Shown in pieces: positions 55,148 to 63,989 of a DNA stretch of 64,000 nt. Source of the DNA: a virus; the IMG/VR virus record IMGVR_UViG_3300021962_000023, positions 64,001 through 128,000 of that record; one strand, given 5' to 3'. The position numbers were made by a program, and so were the translations under genes. Under the pieces are notes generated by a model. It was not told the origin of the DNA. It worked only from the letters and a program-made list of their open reading frames with translations, and ran no database searches. The number at the start of each line of letters is the position of its first letter. Position 1 is the stretch's first letter.

Positions 55148-55920
55148 TATTCTGAAATTTGTCTAATTTTTTGGTCCAACTTTAATAGTCTTTCTTTTAT
55201 ACTATAAATATGACTATTTGTTCTTTTCCAATAACTTTTATTATCTACACCACTTTCATTCTTAATTTTTCCGTACCAATTAAGAAATTGTTCCATTTCT
55301 GCTAATTGTTTATTGATATTAGATATACCTTTACCTATTTTAGCTTGTGCAGATGATTCTTCATTTTTTAATGCTAACCAACGATTTTCCTTAACTACAC
55401 TATATCCCGTTAAATCTGCTTGTCTTTTACCTTTCTTTTCCTCACTTTCGGGTTTACCAAATGCAAATGGAGTATTATATGGACCGGCTGCACCTGATGT
55501 GTTCATCTCATCTACATCGGCTTTTAGTTCAACATCCTTATACAATCCACTAACTTTTGCATCTAACTCATCTGCAAATTTCTTTTTTAAGGTTTGTAGT
55601 TGTTTTAATCTTTCTACTGCTTTCTTTTCATTAGGAGTTCCTTTTGATTTTTTATACAATTCCAAAGTTTGTGCAATTGCATCAACGGTTTTCATATAAT
55701 CGTTTTGAATGGATTTAACTCCTCTCAATTCGTTTATTACTACTTCTTTAACATGGTCTGGCAATCCTTTATGCTTAGTTGAAGCAAAATCTTTAGCATC
55801 TTTATCAGACATTGAGTCTGCTGCTTTAGAAACTTCTGGAGATGGGTTTTCCATATCACCTTTTTGAGCTGCATGAACCATACCCATAAATCTTTGTTGT
55901 GCTTTTGATTGTGCTGGCAT
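55147..55920 (-). CDS. hypothetical head-associated multi-module protein
   Basis: MPAQSKAQQRFMGMV start; internal VINE, VDE, VKE sites. Confidence 0.75.
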   Translation of the reverse strand: MPAQSKAQQRFMGMVHAAQKGDMENPSPEVSKAADSMSDKDAKDFASTKHKGLPDHVKEVVINELRGVKSIQNDYMKTVDAIAQTLELYKKSKGTPNEKKAVERLKQLQTLKKKFADELDAKVSGLYKDVELKADVDEMNTSGAAGPYNTPFAFGKPESEEKKGKRQADLTGYSVVKENRWLALKNEESSAQAKIGKGISNINKQLAEMEQFLNWYGKIKNESGVDNKSYWKRTNSHIYSIKERLLKLDQKIRQISE

Positions 55921-55931
55921 TGTTTATATGT

Positions 55932-56210
55932 TTATGCTAATAAATATGCTGAACCTGCTGTTACTGTAATACTTCTAACATAGCATGGAATTGGTTCACC
56001 TACTGCCAAATATTCTAATTTTATTGTAGAATGGTTATTTGTTTGTGCAAATGTACCACTTACATTATTATCTACAACGCCTTCCAATGTTACTGAACCC
56101 GAACATACAGCCGTTCCTCTCATTACACCCCAAGCTCTATCCAACGAACCAGATGTACCAGCTCCTGCTGCTACGAATTCTTTTGCGTTAAAAATTTTAT
56201 AATTTGTCAT
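55932..56210 (-). CDS. hypothetical beta-rich protein
   Basis: 92 aa ORF in the head module. Confidence 0.7.
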   Translation of the reverse strand: MTNYKIFNAKEFVAAGAGTSGSLDRAWGVMRGTAVCSGSVTLEGVVDNNVSGTFAQTNNHSTIKLEYLAVGEPIPCYVRSITVTAGSAYLLA

Positions 56211-56213
56211 TTT

Positions 56214-57086
56214 TTATTTATTTAAACTATCTTTTAATTCTTTTAATAATTCGTAACTCATCATCATCGCTGATAGATGTTGTTCTTTAATTTTCTTAAC
56301 AGACTTTATCTTTCTAATATTAGATATCGTTTCTGCTAATTTTATTTTAGTTACTTTATCAGAAATTTTAGAACCAACTTCTTTTAATGAATTAACTAAA
56401 TCAGTTACTTCCTTTGAAACATATTCATTCAATTTACCAGTATTATTGATATTATTGATATATTCTTTCAATAATCCTTTTTGTTCTTTTGATAAATTTT
56501 TGTATTTGTTATTAAAAGATTCTACTAATATTTTATAAGATACTGCTCTTAAATCTTCATCTTGCTTTCTATATTCTTCTAAAACTGCATCTTTAACTTT
56601 TGATTCTTTATTTTGAATCGAGGAATTTATAATACTTTCTGCAATAGTAAAACGTGAATTTACAATATCAGTTGGTTCGTATTGTTCTTCAGTAGTAGCT
56701 ACTTCAAATATTTTGTATATAGATGCTAATGTTTTATAATTTGATATAGGAGATTTGATGAATTCATCTAAACCATATGTATCTTTAATCTCTTTGATAA
56801 GATTATACTTTTCCTTTGTAAGTTTTTTCTCGTCTAATCTTTTACGAGCTTCTAATATAGTATCAATGAATTTTTCAGCTTTAGATTCTGAATTGTATTT
56901 TTCATTAATCAAATATTGATATAATTTTAATTCTTTAGATAATTCTTTTTTCGAATTAAAGTGTTCTTTTAAAATACCTTCCGCTACTGATTTATTAGAG
57001 GACATAATTTCTGATGTAATTTGTCTTACAAGTAATTCAAATATAAATCCAGTATTCTTAAACTTCGAATGTTTTATTTTTTTCAT
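56214..57086 (-). CDS. hypothetical prohead core-associated protein
   Basis: MKKIKHSKFKNTGFIFELLVRQI; helical; directly downstream of the portal. Confidence 0.75.
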   Translation of the reverse strand: MKKIKHSKFKNTGFIFELLVRQITSEIMSSNKSVAEGILKEHFNSKKELSKELKLYQYLINEKYNSESKAEKFIDTILEARKRLDEKKLTKEKYNLIKEIKDTYGLDEFIKSPISNYKTLASIYKIFEVATTEEQYEPTDIVNSRFTIAESIINSSIQNKESKVKDAVLEEYRKQDEDLRAVSYKILVESFNNKYKNLSKEQKGLLKEYINNINNTGKLNEYVSKEVTDLVNSLKEVGSKISDKVTKIKLAETISNIRKIKSVKKIKEQHLSAMMMSYELLKELKDSLNK

Positions 57087-57106
57087 CAATTTTATAATTT
57101 GTCAGA

Positions 57107-57114
57107 TATAAATA
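57107..57114 (-). promoter_or_regulatory. putative late promoter TATTTATA
   Basis: exact octamer 20 nt upstream of ATG 57086. Confidence 0.65.
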
Positions 57115-57132
57115 TATTTTTATATTGGTTTA

Positions 57133-58881
57133 TTACTCTTTTATTAAATCTTCTGTCAAAATCTTCTTTTTATTACCATCCATATCTTTAAATATTTCAA
57201 AATATGAACTCTTTCTTGGTTTATAAGCAACAGAACCTTCTTTTTGTTTTAGAGTTTTTATTCCCAACGGGTCTCTTCCTTCCGGATGGTCATCTTTACC
57301 ATATCTAACCGGGTCTTTAGGTCTACCAACTTCTCCTTCGGTTTCTAATTCCGATTTTAATCTAGTCAATTCTTCTTCTACATTTGTTGGGCCACCTTCA
57401 GTTCCTGTTTCTTTCGCAGGGTCTACACCTTGCGTTTCAATTGATGTTAGTCTGAACATTTGTTTTGTATCTTCTAATACTTGCAATGTTAATTCATCTT
57501 GCTCATCCTTAGCCATCTTCATTACAGAATCATACATCCATTCTTTAGAGAACATCTTCGTTTGTTGCATTTGTTGAATCAATGCTACTTTTGAAGTGTA
57601 TAGTTCAACTTGTTCTTGCTCATAGATTTTAGATGGGATAGTAAGTTCTAATGTAAAATTAGTTAATCTATCATCATCTATTCCTTGTGCATATAAATGA
57701 ATAATTCCAATTTTTGTTAATTCTGAAATTAATACTTTTTGAATTCTTTCAATAGTTTTTGCAAAACGAATATCCATAGATGCCAATGTTGCTTTACCAT
57801 TGGTATCTTCTTCATATCCTAAATATGCTTTGGGAATTTTTAATGCAGCCATTAACTTACTCTTTAAGTAGTTAAGGTCATCAATCATATTATATTCCAA
57901 CCCTTTTAATGTATCAATAGATGTACCATTATCACTACCACGAACTGGCATATAGTAATCTTCAATAAGGTTTTGGATATTGTATTTTAAGTTATACTCA
58001 CCTGTTTTTTCATCAACGAATGGAACTTTCTTCGATGCGTTGATAATCTTCTGCATGTAGTTATCCACTTCATTTGGTGGAATATTACCAACATCTACTT
58101 TGAAGATTCTCTTTTCAGGTGCTCTCATTACTCTATGAATTAACATAGCATCTTCCATCAATTGTAATTGTTTCCAAACTCTTCTAGCACCTTCTATCAT
58201 AGATTTTCCATAAGGTAAGAAGTTTGCATCACCATTTAAACGGAAGTGAGCGATTTCATAATTCTCATATTCGGTTTTAGTTGCCTGATATGCTCCAGTG
58301 TATGGATTCTGATATGGTGCATATACAAATTTAACTCTTTGTGGATTTTCTGCATCGAATCCTTCAACTCTACTCATTTCATATGTAGACATCGGCATTA
58401 CATTTATAATACCCAATCCCTCTGAAATTTCTAATTGTAAATAAAAATCACCATATTTAACCAAGTTTCTTGTCCAAGGCCATAAGTTGAATTCTACATT
58501 AAGAATATCATAAAATAAGTTTTCTAAAATTTGTTTAATATTATCATCTTCGTGGTGTATCTTTAATACATTACCATGTTCATTCGTAGGAGTACACTCA
58601 TCTGCGTAAATATCCAATGCGGATGCCAAAATCGGGTCCATATCCATTGAATCATAATCTCTAAACAAATCTATTCTTACTTGTTGATAAGCTAAAGATG
58701 ATTCCAACGAACCAACCCCATAGTTACTGATTTTTAATTTCATATAACGGTCAACAAGGTTTGTTGTCATATTTTGATACTCATCTGTATCAATTACTTT
58801 AACACCTTTTTGCGTTTTACGAACTATGGTATTTGTTGAAAATAATTTTTGTAACCTACCGAATATTGATTTATCTGCCAT
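57133..58881 (-). CDS. gp20: portal protein
   Basis: LMEDAMLIHRVMRAPEKRIFKVDVGNIP, EDYYMPVRG, ALKIPKAYL. Confidence 0.96.
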   Translation of the reverse strand: MADKSIFGRLQKLFSTNTIVRKTQKGVKVIDTDEYQNMTTNLVDRYMKLKISNYGVGSLESSLAYQQVRIDLFRDYDSMDMDPILASALDIYADECTPTNEHGNVLKIHHEDDNIKQILENLFYDILNVEFNLWPWTRNLVKYGDFYLQLEISEGLGIINVMPMSTYEMSRVEGFDAENPQRVKFVYAPYQNPYTGAYQATKTEYENYEIAHFRLNGDANFLPYGKSMIEGARRVWKQLQLMEDAMLIHRVMRAPEKRIFKVDVGNIPPNEVDNYMQKIINASKKVPFVDEKTGEYNLKYNIQNLIEDYYMPVRGSDNGTSIDTLKGLEYNMIDDLNYLKSKLMAALKIPKAYLGYEEDTNGKATLASMDIRFAKTIERIQKVLISELTKIGIIHLYAQGIDDDRLTNFTLELTIPSKIYEQEQVELYTSKVALIQQMQQTKMFSKEWMYDSVMKMAKDEQDELTLQVLEDTKQMFRLTSIETQGVDPAKETGTEGGPTNVEEELTRLKSELETEGEVGRPKDPVRYGKDDHPEGRDPLGIKTLKQKEGSVAYKPRKSSYFEIFKDMDGNKKKILTEDLIKE

Positions 58882-58902
58882 TTTTTAATTTATATTAATT
58901 TA

Positions 58903-58934
58903 CAAAGATAAGTAAAATTTTTTGTATTTCCAAA
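58903..58934 (-). promoter_or_regulatory. Bacteroidota-type housekeeping promoter
   Basis: TTTG-N20-TATCTTTG upstream of the portal. Confidence 0.75.
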
Positions 58935-58936
58935 TT

Positions 58937-59446
58937 TTACCACTTTCTACACGACCAATATCTTGCTTTGTGTCTTGGTCCTGGGTTTTCACAATTATGT
59001 CTTGCTCTAAAAGATTTTCTTCTTTCAGGGTTATTCTTTTTAATTTTAACTCCCTTTTGACCAAAGTTTACCTTTACAACATTACCCGCTGGATTTTTAA
59101 CATAAACTTTGAATTTTTTAACATCACCGGCCATTGGTTTACCCAATTGAACTTTTCTACCTTGATATTCAGCTTCTTTTAAACAAGCACATCCTTCATT
59201 CAAAGATTCATTGTATCCTCTCATAAATTTGATGAAATCTTCATAATCATCGTAATTATCTACATCGTATTCCTCTTCAGGTTCTACTATTCCATAATTT
59301 ACATCATCATCACTATTTATATCTTCACTTACAGGTACACAATTAGGAACTTCTTTACCACCTTTGTTTTTCATACCGATTTGTTGGTATCCTTTCCAAC
59401 AAGGACCTTGCTCTTCGCTTAGATTAATTAAATTTATTAATTTCAT
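58937..59446 (-). CDS. basic Cys-containing hypothetical protein (169 aa; start re-called at ATG 59446)
   Basis: MKLINLINLSEE; GPCWKGY...VPNCVP; RRKSFRARHNC...YWSCRKW. Confidence 0.75.
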   Translation of the reverse strand: MKLINLINLSEEQGPCWKGYQQIGMKNKGGKEVPNCVPVSEDINSDDDVNYGIVEPEEEYDVDNYDDYEDFIKFMRGYNESLNEGCACLKEAEYQGRKVQLGKPMAGDVKKFKVYVKNPAGNVVKVNFGQKGVKIKKNNPERRKSFRARHNCENPGPRHKARYWSCRKW

Positions 59447-59471
59447 TTTTTTAATTTTAATAGTTTCAACA

Positions 59472-59479
59472 TATAAATA
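59472..59479 (-). promoter_or_regulatory. putative late promoter TATTTATA
   Basis: exact octamer 25 nt upstream of ATG 59446. Confidence 0.65.
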
Positions 59480-59487
59480 TATAAAAC

Positions 59488-61098
59488 TTAACGAAGTAAC
59501 CAAGTTAGGTTTTCAGTTTGCCCTTTTCCTATTTCCATTTCATATGGATTTCTTCCCTGTTGCCAGTTTGTAGCATAAACTCCCGAGTTATTTTGTATCG
59601 TAGTCGAGCTCAACATACTCTTAGTTAAATCGATACCCTCTTGTCTTAAACGAAGAGCAGTATTACGAACCCAAAGTCCGATTGCCAATGCCATAATCAA
59701 GTCATCATTGTATCCTTTCATAGCTTCGGCTCTACCACCACTCCAAATAAATGTAAACATTTCATCTATTAATCTATTAGAACGGATAAGAATTTCCTTC
59801 TCATTCATATAAGTATCCAATGCTGATATGATAAGAGGACGAGTTTTTGATGTTGTGGAGAATCCTGCAACCATTTGCTTTTCATCTCTATAATATTTGT
59901 TACTCATTTGTCTTTCTGTATCGATGTATTTCAAATCATTACTCATATAGAATAAATTTGGATATCCTCTATTGATAATTTGTTGAATGCATGCCCAACC
60001 TACATTTGAGTTTTCCACAACAAGTAATGCATTGTTATATTCGGTTGCCAATGAAGTTAAGAAATTACCAAAATCCTTAGTGTCAATCTTACCTCTATAT
60101 TCTGCTACTTGCGAACTATCTTCAATATCAATTACTTGCGCAGTTGAAAAATCGGCTCCATCTCCACGGGCAACGTCAGCACATACCATATATTGTCTAT
60201 TGTAGTTTGGATGTTCCCAAACCCACAGATTACTATCAAACCCTCTCTTTTCAACCGGCTCCATTACATAGGTATCTTTATACCAACTCAATAATGCCGG
60301 TTCAATTACGGTATCACCTGAACCAATAAAGTCACAATCACATTCTTGTGCCGCTCCTTTAACTCCCAAAATACGAGTTTGTTCATCTCTCCATGCTTGA
60401 TTTCTTTCAGGGTGTACAGTCCAATGTAGATTAATACAATTGAAACCATTTTGCCCAGCTTCACCGGCTACCCAAGTTTTATGGAAGAAGTTACCCACAC
60501 CATTTGGTGTAGAAAGAATAATAGCAGAACCACCCGTTGATAGGGTTGATTGTGCTGATAACCAAATTTCATCGATATCTCTAATGAATGCCGCCTCATC
60601 CACAACTAATAGTGATAAGGCTTCAGAACGACCTGCATCGGGAGATGATGCGATTGCTTTTACTTGCGAACCATTCTTTAATTTAAGTGATAGTTTGTTA
60701 TCTTCAGCTGCCGCCGTTCCACCATCTCTTAACCATATTGGAAGTAAATCGTGCATAACTCTAACCTTTTCTACAAGGTTTTTAGCTACCGTCACTTTTG
60801 TTGCAATAACCAACGCGTTGAAGTCCTGATTGAATATCATTTTCCAAAGAATAAATCCTGCCGAAAGAGTTGATAAACCCAATTGACGAGATTTAAGGAT
60901 GATATTAAATCGGTTTTCCTTAAAGTCCGTTAAACAATCCTCCTGGAAAGGATAAAGGTGAAAGGGAATTTTCCCCCTCACCGGATGTTGAATAACACAA
61001 TACTTCTTCATAAAGTAAATGGGGTCAGCCGCACATTTACGATATTCTTCAGCAATTATTTCTTTTAGACTTTTCGTTGGTTTCCCTTGAACTGCCAT
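59488..61098 (-). CDS. gp17: terminase large subunit
   Basis: KSRQLGLST, LLVVDEAAFI, STPNG, nuclease ADVARGDGADFS, DDLIMALAI. Confidence 0.96.
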   Translation of the reverse strand: MAVQGKPTKSLKEIIAEEYRKCAADPIYFMKKYCVIQHPVRGKIPFHLYPFQEDCLTDFKENRFNIILKSRQLGLSTLSAGFILWKMIFNQDFNALVIATKVTVAKNLVEKVRVMHDLLPIWLRDGGTAAAEDNKLSLKLKNGSQVKAIASSPDAGRSEALSLLVVDEAAFIRDIDEIWLSAQSTLSTGGSAIILSTPNGVGNFFHKTWVAGEAGQNGFNCINLHWTVHPERNQAWRDEQTRILGVKGAAQECDCDFIGSGDTVIEPALLSWYKDTYVMEPVEKRGFDSNLWVWEHPNYNRQYMVCADVARGDGADFSTAQVIDIEDSSQVAEYRGKIDTKDFGNFLTSLATEYNNALLVVENSNVGWACIQQIINRGYPNLFYMSNDLKYIDTERQMSNKYYRDEKQMVAGFSTTSKTRPLIISALDTYMNEKEILIRSNRLIDEMFTFIWSGGRAEAMKGYNDDLIMALAIGLWVRNTALRLRQEGIDLTKSMLSSTTIQNNSGVYATNWQQGRNPYEMEIGKGQTENLTWLLR

Positions 61099-61099
61099 A

Positions 61100-61747
61100 T
61101 TATTTTCTTAAACGGATTTTCCAATAAACACCACCATTGATGTAAGGAGTCAATCCACCATTTGTACCATCTACTACTCTATTTGCAACACCAACACCTA
61201 AATGGAATAATTTATCCTTTTTAGTGTTTAATATAACACCTGCTCCAATGTGAGATACAACATCTTGTTTGTTGAATCCACCTTCGAATCCGTAGAATAC
61301 TTTTGTTTTAGGTAATTCTTTTACGATTGTGGTTTCTTTAATAGTTCTTTGTTTCACATTTGCATTAAAAGTTCTACCTAAGATTTTGTTTTGTGAAATC
61401 GTATCAGTTACAGCCACAATTCCTAACGAATCAGGTAATACTAACACATCTTTATATAATACTTTTGAATAGTAATCTTTAAGTAATGCCATAGTATCTA
61501 CTACTGCAGGAATTTGTACTTCCTTTTCAACGATTGTTTCGTGATAGATATCTTCACCTTTCTTAGTTACTACTTTAGTTTTGATTACATCGATTGTATC
61601 AATTTCATGTTTAATAACTTCATATTTCTTACCATCGATTCTGATAGTTTTACCTGGCATAACTCCACCTGGATTCCAAAGTTCTAATAATACAATTACA
61701 ACTAATACTGCAATTGCAATGTTCTTAATGTTTAAGAATTTTTTCAT
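61100..61747 (-). CDS. membrane-anchored protein, possible spanin-like lysis protein
   Basis: N-terminal signal anchor IAIAVLVVIVLLEL; C-terminal amphipathic Gly/aromatic beta strands. Confidence 0.45.
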   Translation of the reverse strand: MKKFLNIKNIAIAVLVVIVLLELWNPGGVMPGKTIRIDGKKYEVIKHEIDTIDVIKTKVVTKKGEDIYHETIVEKEVQIPAVVDTMALLKDYYSKVLYKDVLVLPDSLGIVAVTDTISQNKILGRTFNANVKQRTIKETTIVKELPKTKVFYGFEGGFNKQDVVSHIGAGVILNTKKDKLFHLGVGVANRVVDGTNGGLTPYINGGVYWKIRLRK

Positions 61748-61750
61748 AAT

Positions 61751-62419
61751 TTAGTTTTTTATTAATTCTGGATGATTTAATTCACGTAACTTATCTTCTA
61801 ATGCTAACTTACGCTCTAATAACGCTTCAATAGAATCGTATGCCTCATTAATATCATTTTGTAAATCAGATTTAACTTTTTCAATATCAATATCCCATTG
61901 CCATTTACTAAAAGTTCCATCCTCATTAACCATTTCAATTTGCTGTTTGATGCCACTCAATGCTTCTTCGTATTGAACTTTCATATCTCTAGCATAATCT
62001 AACTTATTCAAAGTTATCTTATAATCTTCGTAGAAAGGCCAAGTACCATCCGCTCTCAAAGGAGTTTCTTTTTTAGCTAAGCAAGTTGCACATAATCCGG
62101 TTTTAGCTATTAACTTTTTATCAGCATTACTATATTGTATAGTTTTACAATTTTCTCCTGAGCAAGTAGTTACTTTTTTTAAGAATTCTCTAACCTCATC
62201 CATTTTAGTGGTATTGATTTTAAATCCTTCTTTTTGCTCCCACTCTTTACCATCACCATCTACCCACTTCTCACCAACTTCTCTCTTTTTCTCAGCTTCT
62301 TTTTCATAACCAAATACATTTTGATTATCATCCGTTCTACCAAAGACAGTGTCTATGATTAATTTACGAGATTTGTGAATGTGTTTATTTTTTTCTTCAA
62401 AACTTGTTCTTTTTGCCAT
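61751..62419 (-). CDS. hypothetical protein
   Basis: 222 aa; CSGENC...CATC possible Zn site; C-terminal coiled coil. Confidence 0.75.
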   Translation of the reverse strand: MAKRTSFEEKNKHIHKSRKLIIDTVFGRTDDNQNVFGYEKEAEKKREVGEKWVDGDGKEWEQKEGFKINTTKMDEVREFLKKVTTCSGENCKTIQYSNADKKLIAKTGLCATCLAKKETPLRADGTWPFYEDYKITLNKLDYARDMKVQYEEALSGIKQQIEMVNEDGTFSKWQWDIDIEKVKSDLQNDINEAYDSIEALLERKLALEDKLRELNHPELIKN

Positions 62420-62465
62420 AATATTCTATTTAATAACCTTTGTATATATGTATATATATAATTTT

Positions 62466-63989
62466 TTATTCGTAAAAAATACCTAATATTTGATTCAATG
62501 GTGCGAATGTACCCGTAAGTTTGTAAGTGTTTCCTTTATAAACAAATACAATACCCTCATTTGGAACTATCTTATCTTTACCACCAATACTAGCCAATCT
62601 AGCTAATTCCATTTTTAATTTAGCTATTTTAGATGGGTCACCACTTCCTCTAACTTTTTCTGCGGTTGATTTCAATCTATCCTTCATATTACGAACTGCC
62701 GCATCTGGATTTACAGTTAAAACTGAACCCATAAATGAAAGAACATCTGCCCCAACACCCAAAAATATTTCTTCAAATTGTCTAACATTATCTTTTTGTT
62801 GTTTTGCTACATTTACTTTATCGTGTTCGATTGCCCATTTTTGAGCATCTTTATCGGCAATAGTATTTAAACGGAATGATTTATCATAAAATGCCCATCT
62901 TCTAACTAATGCTTCTTTTTCTAATTTTTGTAATTTAACACCGCTTTTATTTACAAAATCTTCCCACCATGCTTGATGATATTCAGATACACCATCCTTA
63001 TCAGATAATTGGAACTGAAATTGTAGCTTTTGTAATTGAGTAAGGTATTTTGTTTGCTTTGAACTTAACTCCTCATTTTTAGGTAGTTCTGTTACAGGTG
63101 GGCCTTGTATTGTATACTTCGATTGAACATCAGCGTTTACTTGCTTAATCATTCCTGCTAACATAGTTGCTGCTCCTTGATTTGCACCAACTGCAACACC
63201 CTTCTCATCATAACAAGTTGTATTATGAAATACCAATAAAGCCTGTCCGTAAGGAATAACATTTACCGAAGTTGGCCATATTACTTCCAAATTCATAAAA
63301 CATTGTCCTTCATTAAATATCTTATTTCTTTGTGCTTCAGATAATGAACTAATTGCTGCAGATAAATCTCTCATAGCAAAATTGTAAGCATCGGTTAAAC
63401 CACCTCTACCGGCAAATTTCGATGCAACATCTTCAATACCCATAGCATTTGCTCCTGCGTTTTGTAAATGTCCTTTGTTTCTTGCTGCAATTAATCTACC
63501 ATTTTTCCAACTAATTGCCAATGCTTGTCCATCGGTTTTTTCTCTTGTCAATTCTAAGTTACCCGTCAATGCTCCTTTGATAATTTTCTTTAAATCACCA
63601 AAAGTTAAACCCATATCATCAAATGGATGACTCATATGTCCATATGCCCCACCTTCTAATATTAATCCTTCATTTATTGAGTGAGAACGGGTATCGGTTT
63701 TGAAAAAAGGACCTCTTCTAATTGTTCTGAAATCTAAACTCATTTCATTACCACCAATTTCTTTTGGTGCTATGATTTTTAATCTAACAGTCTGATTTCT
63801 ATTATCGATTCCCAATGTTTCAAATTCAATTTCAGAATACTTCTTACCTTTGAATCCTAAATTTTTACCAGTAATGAATTTATGAACCTTACCACCACTA
63901 ACGGCCTGTGCTTCATTTACAATCGTATGAGATGATGTTTGAAATTCACCCTTTCTCATTATAGTCTTAGCAATAACTTTATTTGCCAT
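62466..63989 (-). CDS. ligase-superfamily nucleotidyltransferase-like protein (RNA ligase-like)
   Basis: motif I REKTDGQ, later EGIVF and YKLTG resembling motifs IV and V; EGGAYGHMSHPFD. Confidence 0.6.
   Translation of the reverse strand: MANKVIAKTIMRKGEFQTSSHTIVNEAQAVSGGKVHKFITGKNLGFKGKKYSEIEFETLGIDNRNQTVRLKIIAPKEIGGNEMSLDFRTIRRGPFFKTDTRSHSINEGLILEGGAYGHMSHPFDDMGLTFGDLKKIIKGALTGNLELTREKTDGQALAISWKNGRLIAARNKGHLQNAGANAMGIEDVASKFAGRGGLTDAYNFAMRDLSAAISSLSEAQRNKIFNEGQCFMNLEVIWPTSVNVIPYGQALLVFHNTTCYDEKGVAVGANQGAATMLAGMIKQVNADVQSKYTIQGPPVTELPKNEELSSKQTKYLTQLQKLQFQFQLSDKDGVSEYHQAWWEDFVNKSGVKLQKLEKEALVRRWAFYDKSFRLNTIADKDAQKWAIEHDKVNVAKQQKDNVRQFEEIFLGVGADVLSFMGSVLTVNPDAAVRNMKDRLKSTAEKVRGSGDPSKIAKLKMELARLASIGGKDKIVPNEGIVFVYKGNTYKLTGTFAPLNQILGIFYE

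Noticed and set aside
52535-56210. Phage-encoded ribosomal protein bS21 near the head genes
   Set aside because: Looked for it because of the Bacteroidota signals, but no ORF here resembles bS21 and the only sizeable gap is the structured leader.
233-60829. All plus-strand ORFs in the track (e.g. 2390..2812, 9134..9382, 23057..23527, 29057..29521, 55313..55699)
   Set aside because: Each lies antisense within a well-supported minus-strand gene, and the translations are low-complexity mirror products of biased codon usage.
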